From an uncultured Acidobacteriota bacterium (GTDB taxonomy: Bacteria; Acidobacteriota; UBA6911): a stretch of DNA of 64,000 bases. Shown here one piece after another: positions 41,509-52,845 of this stretch. The translations under genes and the position numbers were made by a program. The stretch covers positions 32,001-96,000 of the forward strand of contig CAWHCF010000052.1 of assembly GCA_963827655.1 (NCBI GenBank). Direction: 5' to 3'. The notes beneath the pieces were generated by a model. It was not told where the DNA came from, did no database searches, and saw only the letters and a program-made list of their open reading frames with translations. Within the stretch, counting starts at the first letter, position 1; the number at the start of each line of letters is the position of its first letter.

Positions 41509-41580
41509 CGCGTCCTCTGTTTTCGGCGCCGCAAACACCCCACTTTTCAAGCACCAAAGGGCCGTCCACGAGGGGGAAAA

Positions 41581-42336
<756 letters not shown>

Positions 42337-42370
42337 ATTGATTTAACTCGCACCGGAGATTACAAATTTT

Positions 42371-43051
42371 ATGGGACAAATGAACATAGTTGAATTGTGG
42401 AACGCGATGGGCTGGATAGCCAAAGGCGTCGTTATCATTCTGGCCATCATGTCAGCCTATTCGATCAGCGTGATGATCGAACGGTGGATAACCTATCGCC
42501 AGGCGCGGCAGCAATCCCGCGTGTTTACTCCCGCTGTTGCGGAATGCCTCAAGGAGGGAAAGATCGATGAAGCGATCGCCCTCGGCGAGCAGAACAACAA
42601 GAGCCATCTGGCCAAGGTGCTGATAAGCGGATTACACGAGCTTCAGGCGCACTCCAGGAGCAAGGAAATCCCAGGGGAGACGATTGAAGCGGCCAAACGG
42701 GCACTGGATCGAGCCACGGCGATCGGAATCGAGGACCTCAAACGAGGCCTGGGCGGCCTGGCAACAATCGGTTCGGTGGCGCCTTTCGTCGGTTTGTTTG
42801 GAACGACTATCGGGATCATCAACGCTTTCCAGGGAATGAAGACTGAGGAAACCGCCGGAATTGCCGCGGTCGCCGGCGGGATTGCGGAAGCGCTGGTAAC
42901 AACGGCTTTCGGGTTGTTCGTGGCGGTCCCGGCCGTCATGGCCTTCAACTGGTTCACGAACAAAATAGAAACCTTTACCGTGGAAATGGACAACTCGGCT
43001 TCGGAGCTGATTGACTATTTCCTCAAGAGGCGGGGGCAGCTAGGTGGCTAA
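42371..43051 (+). CDS. exbB: MotA/TolQ/ExbB proton channel protein
   Basis: LATIGSVAPFVGLFGT, GIAEALVTTAFGLFVAVPA. Confidence 0.9.
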   Translation: MGQMNIVELWNAMGWIAKGVVIILAIMSAYSISVMIERWITYRQARQQSRVFTPAVAECLKEGKIDEAIALGEQNNKSHLAKVLISGLHELQAHSRSKEIPGETIEAAKRALDRATAIGIEDLKRGLGGLATIGSVAPFVGLFGTTIGIINAFQGMKTEETAGIAAVAGGIAEALVTTAFGLFVAVPAVMAFNWFTNKIETFTVEMDNSASELIDYFLKRRGQLGG

Positions 43052-43463
43052 GCGAGGATTAGGGATAAGCAACGTCACGGCCGACATCAATGTTACGCCG
43101 ATGGCGGATATCATGCTGGTGTTGTTGATCATCTTCATGATCACGACGCCGCTTCTGCAATCCGGTATCACTGTGAATCTTCCCAAGGCCAAAAACCCGC
43201 TGGACGCGCCCGATGCCGACAGCAAAGACGCCGTGATCGTGGCGCTCACGCGGGAAGGCCGGGTTTATCTCGCCAAGAACCCTATCACTGAGGATGAGTT
43301 GATGACGCTTCTCACGGAACGCTTCACGGGCGAGATGAACAAGACGATGTTCCTGAAGGCCGATCAGGCAGTTGCCTATGGCCGCGTGGTGCAGATCGTC
43401 AACCAGTGCCGGAGGGCCGGAGTCGAAAAGATCGGGCTCATGGCCGAGAAGGAAAAACAGTAG
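43044..43463 (+). CDS. exbD: ExbD/TolR family protein
   Basis: INVTPMADIMLVLLIIFMI, V.LP, KAD..V.YG. Confidence 0.9.
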   Translation: MAKRGLGISNVTADINVTPMADIMLVLLIIFMITTPLLQSGITVNLPKAKNPLDAPDADSKDAVIVALTREGRVYLAKNPITEDELMTLLTERFTGEMNKTMFLKADQAVAYGRVVQIVNQCRRAGVEKIGLMAEKEKQ

Positions 43464-43493
43464 TTCCGTTGTCGCGCCGAGGAGAATTCTCCT

Positions 43494-43910
43494 ATGTCAA
43501 TGGCAGTTGGTGGGAAGAAGGGTCCGAAAGCGGATATCAATATCACCCCGTATATTGATATCCTCCTGGTACTCCTGATCATCTTCATGGTGATAACTCC
43601 CGTCCGCCAGATGGATCTGGACGTCAAGGTGCCCCAGCCTCCACCGCCGGGACAGGAAAATGCACCGCCCGATCCCAGCGTGATCGTGGTATCGGTGGGA
43701 GAGAGTGCCAACATCACGATCAATCAGGACCCTGTCGATATCACGGCTTTAGGTCCTAAGCTGCAGGAAATCTACAGCGCTCGAGCCAACAAGAATATGT
43801 TTATCAGCGCCAGCCCCAAGCTTCCTTATGGCGACGTCGTCAAAGTTATTGACATCGCCAAAGGCGCTGGAGTAGGCGATGTAGGCCTGATCCTCGAAGA
43901 AATCAGGTGA
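43494..43910 (+). CDS. exbD: ExbD/TolR family protein (second copy)
   Basis: INITPYIDILLVLLIIFMV, LPYGDVV. Confidence 0.9.
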   Translation: MSMAVGGKKGPKADINITPYIDILLVLLIIFMVITPVRQMDLDVKVPQPPPPGQENAPPDPSVIVVSVGESANITINQDPVDITALGPKLQEIYSARANKNMFISASPKLPYGDVVKVIDIAKGAGVGDVGLILEEIR

Positions 43911-43949
43911 TCTAAGCTCGATGTGCTTATCACAAATTCGGAGGCTTTG

Positions 43950-44744
43950 ATGAGGTTCACGCGCAAAGGTGTCGCCCTTCTGTGTCTGGCGGCGGCTGTG
44001 CCTCTCTCGGGATGCAACTTTATTACTAAGTTGAAGGCGAGGGACAGCCTGAACAAAGGTGTAAGAGCCTTTACCGAGCAAAAGTATGAGCAGGCGGCAG
44101 AGTTTTTCAACGAATCGATAAAGCTGGATCCTGACTTTCAGGTTGCGCGGATGTACCTGGCGACGACCTACACTTCACAGTTCGTGCCTGGGTCGACTGA
44201 CCCCAAGAGCAACGAGATGGCGGAGAAGGCCGTTTCGACCTTCCAGGAGGTCCTGGAGAAGGAGCCGGACAAGGGTAATCAAAACGCCAAGAATGCGATG
44301 CTGAGCATCGCCAGTCTTTTTTATCAGCTGAAGAAGTACGACGAATCGAAACAGTGGTGCCGCGAGATTCAGAAAGTGGATCCCGACAACGCGGAAGCGC
44401 TCTATCGGATCGCAGTCATCGATTTCGATCAGTCTTTGAAGAGAACCGGACTCCAGGGCGAGAACGTCGAATTCCTCAAGCAAGCAGAAAAGGACGAGAC
44501 GCTCGGGATGATTGAGGAGGGGTTGAAGGCTCTCGAGAAAGCTATCGCAATCCGACCTGATTACTTCGATGCCATGGAATACCAGAACCTGCTGTGGAGA
44601 GAGAAGGCTAAGTTCGAGAAGGATGAAAAGGCAAAGAACGAGTTGATCCGGCAGGCCGATCTGGTCGCCCAGAAGGCTCTGGCGCTCCGATTGAAGGCCC
44701 AGGAGGAAGAGGCAAAAAAACCCAAGAAACTTGCCACCAAGTAA
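43950..44744 (+). CDS. TPR-repeat lipoprotein
   Basis: lipobox LSGC; TPR units (A..LDP, EA.Y, AIAIRPDY.DA). Confidence 0.85.
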   Translation: MRFTRKGVALLCLAAAVPLSGCNFITKLKARDSLNKGVRAFTEQKYEQAAEFFNESIKLDPDFQVARMYLATTYTSQFVPGSTDPKSNEMAEKAVSTFQEVLEKEPDKGNQNAKNAMLSIASLFYQLKKYDESKQWCREIQKVDPDNAEALYRIAVIDFDQSLKRTGLQGENVEFLKQAEKDETLGMIEEGLKALEKAIAIRPDYFDAMEYQNLLWREKAKFEKDEKAKNELIRQADLVAQKALALRLKAQEEEAKKPKKLATK

Positions 44745-44768
44745 AAGTTGCGATAGGGCTCGTTCGCG

Positions 44769-44796
44769 AAGGGGGCTTTTTAGCCCCCTTTTTTTT
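44769..44796 (+). terminator. intrinsic terminator
   Basis: AAGGGGGCT-TTTT-AGCCCCCTT followed by a T run. Confidence 0.85.
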
Positions 44797-44829
44797 GCCA
44801 GCCGGACGGTGATTCGGACGATCTCTTCA

Positions 44830-44975
44830 GGGTCTGATGAGGCTGGTTGCAAAAGTCGCCGGGCTATATGTGCGGACGGGCTCATCAAGCCCGTCCGGCT
44901 CCCTAGTGGCACGAGAGCCTTCTTGAGGCGTAACTCATCGCGATACGGCATGTACTTGCGACGGGTCTGATGACC
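44830..44975 (+). mobile_element. MITE-like element copy 1 (REP-like internal hairpin)
   Basis: GGGTCTGATGAGGCTGGTTGCAAAAGTCGC..ATGTGCGGACGGGC..GCCCGTCCGGC shared with 52435; degenerate inverted end near 44952-44975. Confidence 0.55.
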
Positions 44976-45259
44976 CTTGCGCCACATAAGGCTTGTCGGA
45001 AGAGTGCTCATGAGCCACCGTCCAGGCAGAGCTGAGTATCGGAGGTTACGACGGCCTCCGGAGGCCCATCCCGGGCCAATTTCGGAACCTGGTCAAGCCA
45101 GCGATCTGGCATTATCCCGCCCCCCGCCGCTGGCGCAGCACGGCAGTCATGCTGCGCGGTTGGGCCGGCGTTCACTTCACCCGAAACTAACGCATGGCCG
45201 CCGGCGTACTTTCCTCAATGCTCCCCTTTCTCTATAATGTGGCCGAGAACACACTTCCT

Positions 45260-47425
45260 ATGATTCGCTACGAGGATCTGGCGGAAAAGGTATCTCGATA
45301 CCATTCCGCAGCTGCGCTGGAGCTGATCCAGCGCGGTTATGTCGTGTCGGCGAAATTCCATAAAGGACAGGTGCGGATGAACGGCGAGCCCTACCTGACT
45401 CATCCGCTTGAAGTGGCTAACATTCTCGCCGAGCTCAGGCTTGATGCAACAACCGTCACCGCAGGTCTGCTTCATGACGTTCTCGAAGACACACTCGTCT
45501 CGCCCGAGGAGCTGAGGAAACAGTTCGGCGACGAGGTCTATCAGATTGTCGATGGCGTCACCAAGATTTCCCAGGTCCAATTCACCTCCAGACATGAAAA
45601 GCAGGCTGAGAACTTCCGCAAGATGCTTCTGGCCATGGTCGGCGATATCCGAGTCCTGTTCGTCAAGCTTGCCGATCGGTTGCACAACATGCGCACTCTT
45701 CAGTACCTTCCACCTGATCGCCGGGAACGAATTTCCCTGGAGACCCTGGAGATCTATGCTCCCCTGGCTCACAGGCTGGGTATGGCCAAGATCCGCGGGG
45801 AACTGGAAGATCTGGCCTTCAGTTTCCTGGACCCGGTGGCCTATCAGAATACGGTGGCGCTGATTGAAGCTCGGCGCGCGGTGAGCCAGACCTTCATCGA
45901 AGAAACCAAGAAGGTCATTGCCGACGAACTGGCCGAGCACAAGATTCCGGCACGGCTCGAGAGTCGTATCAAGCGGATCTATGGCGTTCACCAAAAAATG
46001 CGGCGTCAGAAAATCAGCATCGACGAAGTCTTCGATTTCATTGCCATCCGAGTGATCACGGATACGGTAAAGAATTGCTACACGACGTTGGGAATTCTGC
46101 ACAATCTCTGGAAACCGGTTCCCGGCCGCATCAAAGATTACATCGCCATCCCGCGGCCGAATCTCTACCAGTCGCTGCACACGTCGGTGATTGGCAAGAA
46201 TGGACAGCCGTTTGAGATCCAGATCCGAACCCAGGATATGCACCGGATCGCGGAGGAGGGAATCGCGGCTCACTGGAAATACAAGGAAGGGAAGTCCGGC
46301 GTCGCCGATGATGAAGAACAATTTCGCTGGTTACGCCAACTCATCGATTCGCACCGTGAGATCAGCGACCCGCGCGAGTTTCTCAGCAGCCTGAAGGTCG
46401 ATCTTTATCCCGAAGAAGTCTACTGTTTCACGCCGATGGGAGAAGTAATCACGCTGCCTCGCGATGCGACGCCGGTCGACTTTGCTTACGCCATCCACAC
46501 CCAGGTAGGACATCACTGTGTTGGAGCCAAAGTTAACAATCGGATCGTCTCGCTGCGGCACAAACTGAAAAACGGCGAGATCGTCGAGGTCCTCACCTCC
46601 AAAGACGCGGGGCCATCAAGGGACTGGCTTTCGTTCGTCACGACGGCTCGCGCACGCAATCGAATCAAACACTACATCAACCAGAAGGAAAGGGAAGACG
46701 CCGCGGAGCTAGGCAAGAAACTTCTCGAGAAGGAAGCCCGCAAATTCAAGTCGACCTGGAAGAAGGTGCTGGGCAGAGAGGAACTGACGGGAGTCTTGCA
46801 GGACCACGGTATCCCGAAAGTAGAGGATGTCTACCCTGCGGTAGGTTTCGGGAGAATCGCTCCCCGCCAGATTCTGAGTCCGCTCTTTCCTGACGTTGAG
46901 CCTCCGCCGGAAAGAGGGAAAACGAAGCCTTCCGCCCTGGTATCGGCCGTGAACAAAGTTCTCGGGAGGCAGGAGTCTCCCATAACGGTGAAAGGGGAGG
47001 ATGGATTGCTGGTATACCGCGCCAAGTGCTGTAACCCGATTCGAGGCGACGAAATCGTCGGCTACATCACCCGCGGAAAAGGAATTTCAGTCCATGCGAC
47101 CAGCTGTCCCAATCTGGTCAATCTCCTCGGTTCGGAGCGCACCACTGAGGTCGAATGGATCGACGTGCCCGGCGAGGAGGTATTCACGGTGAAGCTGGCT
47201 ATTTCAGTGGAAGACCGGCAGGGGATGCTGGCCGATATTACCGCTGCGGTCGCCAACCTCAAGGCCAACATCCGTGAATCACGTTCACGGACGGGGGACG
47301 ACGGCAAGGGTTCGGTTGACCTCACCGTAGACATCAACGACACAAGACATCTGCAGAGAGTAGTTCAGGTCCTCAAAGGAATCCGTGGTATTCAGGACGT
47401 AGAAAGAGTCTCAAGACTACCCTGA
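45260..47425 (+). CDS. rel: bifunctional (p)ppGpp synthetase/hydrolase (RelA/SpoT)
   Basis: HP.EVA and LLHDVLED hydrolase motifs; RIKDY; YQSLHT; EIQIRT; GIAAHW.YK; TGS, CC and ACT domains. Confidence 0.96.
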   Translation: MIRYEDLAEKVSRYHSAAALELIQRGYVVSAKFHKGQVRMNGEPYLTHPLEVANILAELRLDATTVTAGLLHDVLEDTLVSPEELRKQFGDEVYQIVDGVTKISQVQFTSRHEKQAENFRKMLLAMVGDIRVLFVKLADRLHNMRTLQYLPPDRRERISLETLEIYAPLAHRLGMAKIRGELEDLAFSFLDPVAYQNTVALIEARRAVSQTFIEETKKVIADELAEHKIPARLESRIKRIYGVHQKMRRQKISIDEVFDFIAIRVITDTVKNCYTTLGILHNLWKPVPGRIKDYIAIPRPNLYQSLHTSVIGKNGQPFEIQIRTQDMHRIAEEGIAAHWKYKEGKSGVADDEEQFRWLRQLIDSHREISDPREFLSSLKVDLYPEEVYCFTPMGEVITLPRDATPVDFAYAIHTQVGHHCVGAKVNNRIVSLRHKLKNGEIVEVLTSKDAGPSRDWLSFVTTARARNRIKHYINQKEREDAAELGKKLLEKEARKFKSTWKKVLGREELTGVLQDHGIPKVEDVYPAVGFGRIAPRQILSPLFPDVEPPPERGKTKPSALVSAVNKVLGRQESPITVKGEDGLLVYRAKCCNPIRGDEIVGYITRGKGISVHATSCPNLVNLLGSERTTEVEWIDVPGEEVFTVKLAISVEDRQGMLADITAAVANLKANIRESRSRTGDDGKGSVDLTVDINDTRHLQRVVQVLKGIRGIQDVERVSRLP

Positions 47426-47488
47426 TTCGAGTCTTTTGGGGCTTCTGATTGTCCGCGTGGTAACCGTCAGGATGCAAAGAGGTCAGGC

Positions 47489-47680
47489 CTAGATGGCTTT
47501 TCGCACTTTACCGGAACGGAGGCAGCGTGTACATACACGAACCCGCTTGACCGCGCCCTTTTCCATGATCCTGACACTTTGAAGATTCGGGTTAAACTGG
47601 CGCGAGCTCACGTTGTGTGCATGGGAAATGGTGTGGCCAAACACCGGGGTTTTCGCGCATACATAACATTGTCTGGGCAT
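47489..47680 (-). CDS. rpmB: 50S ribosomal protein L28
   Basis: C.VC.K.P.FG..ISHAHN..R.F.PNLQ..VCTRCLRSGKV. Confidence 0.95.
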   Translation of the reverse strand: MPRQCYVCAKTPVFGHTISHAHNVSSRQFNPNLQSVRIMEKGAVKRVRVCTRCLRSGKVRKAI

Positions 47681-47709
47681 TGTCGGTTCCAAGGTGAAAA
47701 AAGAGCGTG

Positions 47710-47738
47710 ATAATACCAGTCCGACGACTGCCAGTCAA
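47710..47738 (-). promoter_or_regulatory. rpmB promoter
   Basis: TTGACT-17 bp-TATTAT on the minus strand. Confidence 0.65.
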
Positions 47739-47808
47739 CCTGGTGTCTTCGAGTCTTCGTGGTTAGGGCTACGAAACAAGTACCACCAGGACACCAAGAA
47801 CACTAAGA
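47739..47808. repeat. 9-mer-unit palindromic element
   Basis: CCTGGTGTCTTCGAGTCTTCGTGGT...ACCACCAGGACACCAAGAACACTAAG. Confidence 0.8.
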
Positions 47809-47820
47809 TTCAAGGTCTTC

Positions 47821-49236
47821 TTGATTGACCGACGAAGCTCTATTCCGGCACGAAAGGTGAACTATCGACTGCCCTTGCGCATCGCTCATGCTTCGAGTGT
47901 CTGGATCCTCCGCTTCCTCAAATCGACCGACCTCCTGATTCTGAGTTTTGCCGGGGCGATTCTGGCGGGCTCAATCATCTTGATGCTGCCCCAGAGCACG
48001 ACCGGAGGCAGTCTCGCGTTCATTGACGCTCTCTTCACCGCGACGTCCGCTGTCTGCGTCACCGGGCTAACCGTGGTCGACACCGGAACGACTTTCACCC
48101 GGACTGGGCAGATCGCCATCTTGAGCCTGATCCAGCTGGGCGGCATGGGCATCATGATGTTTTCGGTCGTGCTGCTGCTGCTCTCGAGACATCGCATATC
48201 AATCAGGGATAAACTTACTATCCAAGATACTTTATCTCCATATAGCTCAGGTCAAATATCCAATCTGGTAAAGCAGATTTTCTTGACTACCGTGGCGATG
48301 GAGTCGATTGGAGCCGTACTTCTCTGGGTATGCAGCGCGGACCGGAATTGGTTCGCTTCGGTTTTTCACGCCATCTCGGCTTTCTGCAATGCAGGATTCG
48401 GGCTGCAACCCTCCGGTTTCATGGATCCCCGGAACAACCTGGGCATCAATTTGACGCTTTGCATGCTGATGGTGCTGGGAGGGTTGGGCTTTTTCACCTG
48501 CGCCGAACTGGCCCGGCTGCTGAGGCCGAAGGTCCGTGAGCGTCTCAGCTTGCACACGCGCCTGGTTTTGGTCGTGACTCTTGCCCTCCTTTTCGGAGGC
48601 GCTCTCTGTTTCTATGCTTTTGAGAGCAGGAACGCACTCGCTTCTGAAGGTGTCCGCCGTGGTCTTCTGCTGTCGTTCTTCCAATCGATTACGGCTCGAA
48701 CGACCGGCTTCAGCGCCGTCGATCTGCGCACGTTGACGAATGCAACCCTTTTTCTGATGATACTCCTGATGTTCGTAGGAGCCTCGCCAGGATCAACGGG
48801 CGGCGGTATCAAGACCTCAACCCTGGGCGTTTTGATCGCGATGGCTCGGAGCAGGTTGCGGGGTGAAGTTAACGTGAGTCTTTTTCGCCGGACTATCCCT
48901 GACAGCACCGTCTCCAAGTCGCTGTCGGTTCTGGTGCTCGCATTTACCATCGTTACCTTCGCGGTGCTGGCTCTGGCCTTGGTGGAACTGGGGTTCGAAC
49001 CTTACACGCAAAGTTCAAGGCAGTTCATCGAAGTGTTCTTCGAAGTGGTTTCGGCCTTCGCCAGCTGCGGCCTGAGCACCGGCATAACCCCGCATCTCAG
49101 CCGTCTTGGAAAGTTGATTCTGATTTTGGTAATGTTTGTCGGACGAGTCGGGACCTTGACCGTTGCCACGGCCGCGGGGCGCGGCCTGGGTCGAGTAAAA
49201 TACCGGTACGCCGAAGAAAACGTCATGATAGGATGA
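47821..49236 (+). CDS. ktrB: Ktr/Trk potassium uptake membrane subunit
   Basis: SAVCVTGL, SAFCNAGF, RTTGF, GSTGGGIK, GLSTG; start uncertain. Confidence 0.9.
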   Translation: MIDRRSSIPARKVNYRLPLRIAHASSVWILRFLKSTDLLILSFAGAILAGSIILMLPQSTTGGSLAFIDALFTATSAVCVTGLTVVDTGTTFTRTGQIAILSLIQLGGMGIMMFSVVLLLLSRHRISIRDKLTIQDTLSPYSSGQISNLVKQIFLTTVAMESIGAVLLWVCSADRNWFASVFHAISAFCNAGFGLQPSGFMDPRNNLGINLTLCMLMVLGGLGFFTCAELARLLRPKVRERLSLHTRLVLVVTLALLFGGALCFYAFESRNALASEGVRRGLLLSFFQSITARTTGFSAVDLRTLTNATLFLMILLMFVGASPGSTGGGIKTSTLGVLIAMARSRLRGEVNVSLFRRTIPDSTVSKSLSVLVLAFTIVTFAVLALALVELGFEPYTQSSRQFIEVFFEVVSAFASCGLSTGITPHLSRLGKLILILVMFVGRVGTLTVATAAGRGLGRVKYRYAEENVMIG

Positions 49237-49262
49237 CCTGGTTCAGGAGCAGGAAGGACAAA

Positions 49263-49925
49263 ATGCGAAGATTCGCAGTGATCGGCGCGGGGACTTTCGG
49301 CTCTGCGGTAGCTGAGACGCTCTCCGAGGGACGCAATGTCGTGATCGTCATTGACACTGCGCCGGAAAAAGTCCAGGCGCTCCAGGGATTCGCGTCGCAG
49401 GCGGTCCAGGCCGACGCAACCGATCTGGAGACGCTAACCGCCCTCGGCGTGAACGAGGTCGACTGTGCCATTGTCAGCCTGGGCGAAAAAATCGACCTGA
49501 GTATTCTGGTCACCCTTCACCTCAAGGAGATGGGAGTGCCTGAAATCGTGGTCAAGGCGACAACTCCCGAGCATGGCAAGATACTCCGACTCATCGGAGC
49601 AACCGAGGTTGTTTTTCCAGAGAAACAGATGGCCCAACGCGTAGCCCGTCGATTGAGCGCTCCCCACGTATACGATCAGATTCCCCTTGCTGAAGATCTC
49701 TCGGCCCTGGAAGTCATCGCGCCCCCCAAGTTGGTAGGAAAGACGTTGAAAGATCTTCGGCTGCGCGATCAATACCACGTAAATCTGATCGCGGTCCGGG
49801 AACCCAACGGAAAGGGAGAGATGCGCACCATTATCCCTAAAGCGGAATTTCAGATCCGGCCCGGCCACATTCTTGTGGTCGTGGGTATGGACTCTGATAT
49901 CGAGCACTTCAAGAGTATCAAGTAG
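49263..49925 (+). CDS. ktrA: Ktr/Trk NAD-binding regulatory subunit
   Basis: FAVIGAGTFG Rossmann fold, V.FPE..MA, TrkA_C domain; alternative start 49233. Confidence 0.9.
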   Translation: MRRFAVIGAGTFGSAVAETLSEGRNVVIVIDTAPEKVQALQGFASQAVQADATDLETLTALGVNEVDCAIVSLGEKIDLSILVTLHLKEMGVPEIVVKATTPEHGKILRLIGATEVVFPEKQMAQRVARRLSAPHVYDQIPLAEDLSALEVIAPPKLVGKTLKDLRLRDQYHVNLIAVREPNGKGEMRTIIPKAEFQIRPGHILVVVGMDSDIEHFKSIK

Positions 49926-50001
49926 GCTCCTCCGATTGCCGATTCGCTTTAATGAAACCTCAGTGACAACCTCGTTCAATCCGTCATTGATCTGAGGATT
50001 T

Positions 50002-51168
50002 ATGCCGCAGCCGGTCATAATAAGCGCCTGTCGCACACCGATCGGAAGCTTCATGGGCGCGCTGGCGTCGTGTAAGGCCACGGAGCTCGGAAGCCTGGTC
50101 GTGAGGGAAACCATTCGACGGGCGGGCGTGAATCCGGCTCAGGTCGACGAGGTGATTCTGGGAAACGTCATCAGCGCAGGTCTCGGGCAGAATCCGGCCC
50201 GGCAAGCAGCCCTCCGTGCCGGCATTCCTTCTTCCGTTGGCGCGCTGACCATCAATAAGGTATGCGGATCCGGTCTTAAGGCTGTCATGCTGGCCGCCCA
50301 GTCGATCCGGCTGGGGGAAACCGACGTCTGCATCGCCGGCGGCATGGAGAGTATGTCTAACGCCCCGTATCTGCTTTTTCAGATGCGCGGCGGCGCGCGG
50401 ATGGGAGACTCGCCGGCCGTGGACTCTCTGATTCATGACGGGCTGTGGTGCGCGCTTGAGAACTGTCATATGGGCGGCACGGCCGAATGGGTGGCCGAAA
50501 AGTATGGCATTACCAGAGAGCAGCAGGACGAGTACGCTTTCCATAGTCACATGAAAGCCGTCGCCGCGACCGCGAGCTGCCAGTTCAGGCGCGAGATCGT
50601 TCCCGTGACAACAGGAACAGAGGAGTTTGCGAAAGACGAACGCCCTCGCCCCGAAACCTCGATCGAGGCGCTCGCCCGGCTCAAGCCGGCGTTTAAAAAG
50701 AACGGGACTGTGACCGCGGGAAATGCTCCCGGCGTGAATGACGGGGCAGCGGCGGTCCTGGTTACTTCGGAGGAAAAGGCCGCCAGCCTCGGCCTTAGAG
50801 TCATGGCCCGAATAGCAGGTCAAACATTCAGCGGCGTTGACCCTTCAATGGTGATGATGGCTCCCGTTCCAGCCTTTCGCAAGCTCTTGAGGACTACCGG
50901 GTGGACCGTTGACGACATTGATCGCATTGAGTTGAATGAGGCTTTCGCCGTACAAGCCCTGGCGGTGACGCGCGATCTCGGCCTCGATCCCGCGCGCGTC
51001 AACGTGCGCGGAGGCGCCGTCGCACTGGGGCATCCGATAGGCGCGAGCGGCGCCAGGATCCTGGTGACGCTCCTTCATGCCCTCGAGGATTCGGGTGGGA
51101 ATCGCGGGGTGGCCATGCTGTGCATGGGAGGAGGCAATGGGCTGGCCCTGGCCGTGGAGCTCGTGTAG
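50002..51168 (+). CDS. atoB: acetyl-CoA C-acetyltransferase (thiolase)
   Basis: [32 protein letters not shown]. Confidence 0.93.
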   Translation: MPQPVIISACRTPIGSFMGALASCKATELGSLVVRETIRRAGVNPAQVDEVILGNVISAGLGQNPARQAALRAGIPSSVGALTINKVCGSGLKAVMLAAQSIRLGETDVCIAGGMESMSNAPYLLFQMRGGARMGDSPAVDSLIHDGLWCALENCHMGGTAEWVAEKYGITREQQDEYAFHSHMKAVAATASCQFRREIVPVTTGTEEFAKDERPRPETSIEALARLKPAFKKNGTVTAGNAPGVNDGAAAVLVTSEEKAASLGLRVMARIAGQTFSGVDPSMVMMAPVPAFRKLLRTTGWTVDDIDRIELNEAFAVQALAVTRDLGLDPARVNVRGGAVALGHPIGASGARILVTLLHALEDSGGNRGVAMLCMGGGNGLALAVELV

Positions 51169-51363
51169 ATTTTGTGGCTCAATCCTTTGTTTCCTGGTTA
51201 GATCATAGGAGCGTTTTCTTGGGCGCTTAGCGAAACGTTCAAACCATGTTGTCGTTCACATGGGGCCTTTCGTTCGGGGCGAGGTCCCCGAACGAACCTT
51301 AGCGTCTTCGCGTCCGTAAGAGCGAGGAGAGGTATCATTCAAGTCGCGCAGAAGGGACAAAAG

Positions 51364-52407
51364 ATGGCAGAGGATAGAAATAGCAAAAACAGGGCGATCG
51401 AAATGGCCTTGACCCAGATTGAAAAGCAGTTCGGGAAGGGATCTATCATGCGGCTGGGTGACCGCGGCGACACGACCGGAGTCCAGTCCATTTCGACCGG
51501 TTCGATTTCCTTCGACGCGGCGCTGGGAGTTGGGGGCTTTCCGAAAGGAAGGGTGGTCGAGATTTACGGGCCCGAATCGAGCGGGAAAACAACCATCGCT
51601 CTGCACGCCATAGCGCAGGCACAGAAAAACGGCGGGTCCGCGGCCTTCATTGATGCCGAGCACGCAATGGACGCTGCTTACGCAAGAATGCTCGGAGTCA
51701 ATACCGACGACCTTCTCGTGTCGCAGCCCGACAGCGGTGAGCAGGCCCTCGAAATTGCCGAGGTTCTGGTTCGCAGCGGTGCCATCGATATCCTGGTGGT
51801 GGATTCCGTAGCCGCGCTGGTTCCAAAGGCGGAGCTTGAAGGCGAGATGGGTGACTCCCTTCCCGGGCTTCAGGCCAGGCTGATGTCCCAGGCCCTGCGC
51901 AAACTCACGGCAATCGTCTCGAAATCAAACACTTGTCTGGTTTTCATCAATCAGATTCGTGAAAAGATTGGCGTGATGTTTGGTAATCCGGAGACCACGA
52001 CCGGTGGGCGCGCGCTGAAGTTTTACGCCTCGGTCAGGGTGGATATCCGCCGTATCGGGGCGATCAAAGAAGGGGATGTCGTAGTCGGCAGCCGAACCAG
52101 GGTAAAAATCGTAAAGAACAAGATGGCTCCCCCGTTTCGCGAGGCCGAATTCGATCTCATTTACAACCAGGGAATTTCATACGAAGGTGATCTGCTGGAC
52201 CAGGCCGTTGAGAAACGACTCCTTGAAAAGAGCGGCGCCTGGTTCGCATACAAAGGAGAGCGGCTCGGACAGGGCCGGGAAAACGCGAAACAGTTCATCC
52301 GAGAGCACCCCGATGTCGCCAAGGCCCTGGACCTCAAATTGCGCGAGCTGCTGGGACTGACCAAACCCGCTCCCGCGGTCGCTGACGTAAAGAGCAAGCT
52401 GGGTTGA
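51364..52407 (+). CDS. recA: recombinase RecA
   Basis: [45 protein letters not shown]. Confidence 0.98.
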   Translation: MAEDRNSKNRAIEMALTQIEKQFGKGSIMRLGDRGDTTGVQSISTGSISFDAALGVGGFPKGRVVEIYGPESSGKTTIALHAIAQAQKNGGSAAFIDAEHAMDAAYARMLGVNTDDLLVSQPDSGEQALEIAEVLVRSGAIDILVVDSVAALVPKAELEGEMGDSLPGLQARLMSQALRKLTAIVSKSNTCLVFINQIREKIGVMFGNPETTTGGRALKFYASVRVDIRRIGAIKEGDVVVGSRTRVKIVKNKMAPPFREAEFDLIYNQGISYEGDLLDQAVEKRLLEKSGAWFAYKGERLGQGRENAKQFIREHPDVAKALDLKLRELLGLTKPAPAVADVKSKLG

Positions 52408-52434
52408 GGGCAAAGTCAACGTCGTTCCACGCGC

Positions 52435-52643
52435 GGGTCTGATGAGACAGTTGCAAAACTCGCTGCCGATACATGTGCGGACGGGCTAGGCCCGTCCGGC
52501 CCCCGGCGGATTACCGAACTTTTGGTTGCGGATAGCGAGTCATCAACTTCGACGCGCCACGTCAGCCGATGGCCCGTCGCCATAGGGTCTCGTAAGGAAA
52601 TCGCCAAATACGGGGAATCGAGTTTGCGCAGACGCATCAAGCC
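52435..52643 (+). mobile_element. MITE-like element copy 2
   Basis: GGGTCTGATGAGACAGTTGCAAAACTCGC..ATGTGCGGACGGGCTAGGCCCGTCCGGC matches 44830; degenerate inverted end near 52620-52643. Confidence 0.55.
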
Positions 52644-52845
52644 TGTCTGGCGCCCGAGGCCCAATGATCCTCTTTAAGGGTAAATCGTTCATCGCTATTT
52701 GAGCGCCGAAAGGTGCGCCACAGGGTGCTCCAGTCGGCCGAATCTCGGATCGCTGGTCTGGCAGATCGATGCCCACGCCACGACCCTGTTTAACAGCTCG
52801 AGCGAGCTTGGGAGAGCTAGCGGCACGTCTGAATCACAGAGCACC

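Noticed and set aside
45215-46321. Long antisense ORFs (368 aa opposite rel, 331 aa and 297 aa opposite TolC/pilD, 295 aa opposite waaF)
   Set aside because: Expected shadows of high-GC coding sequence; no recognisable motifs
44833-52460. CTGATGAG in both MITE-like copies suggested a hammerhead ribozyme core
   Set aside because: No GAAA after a plausible stem II and no stem I/III pairing found
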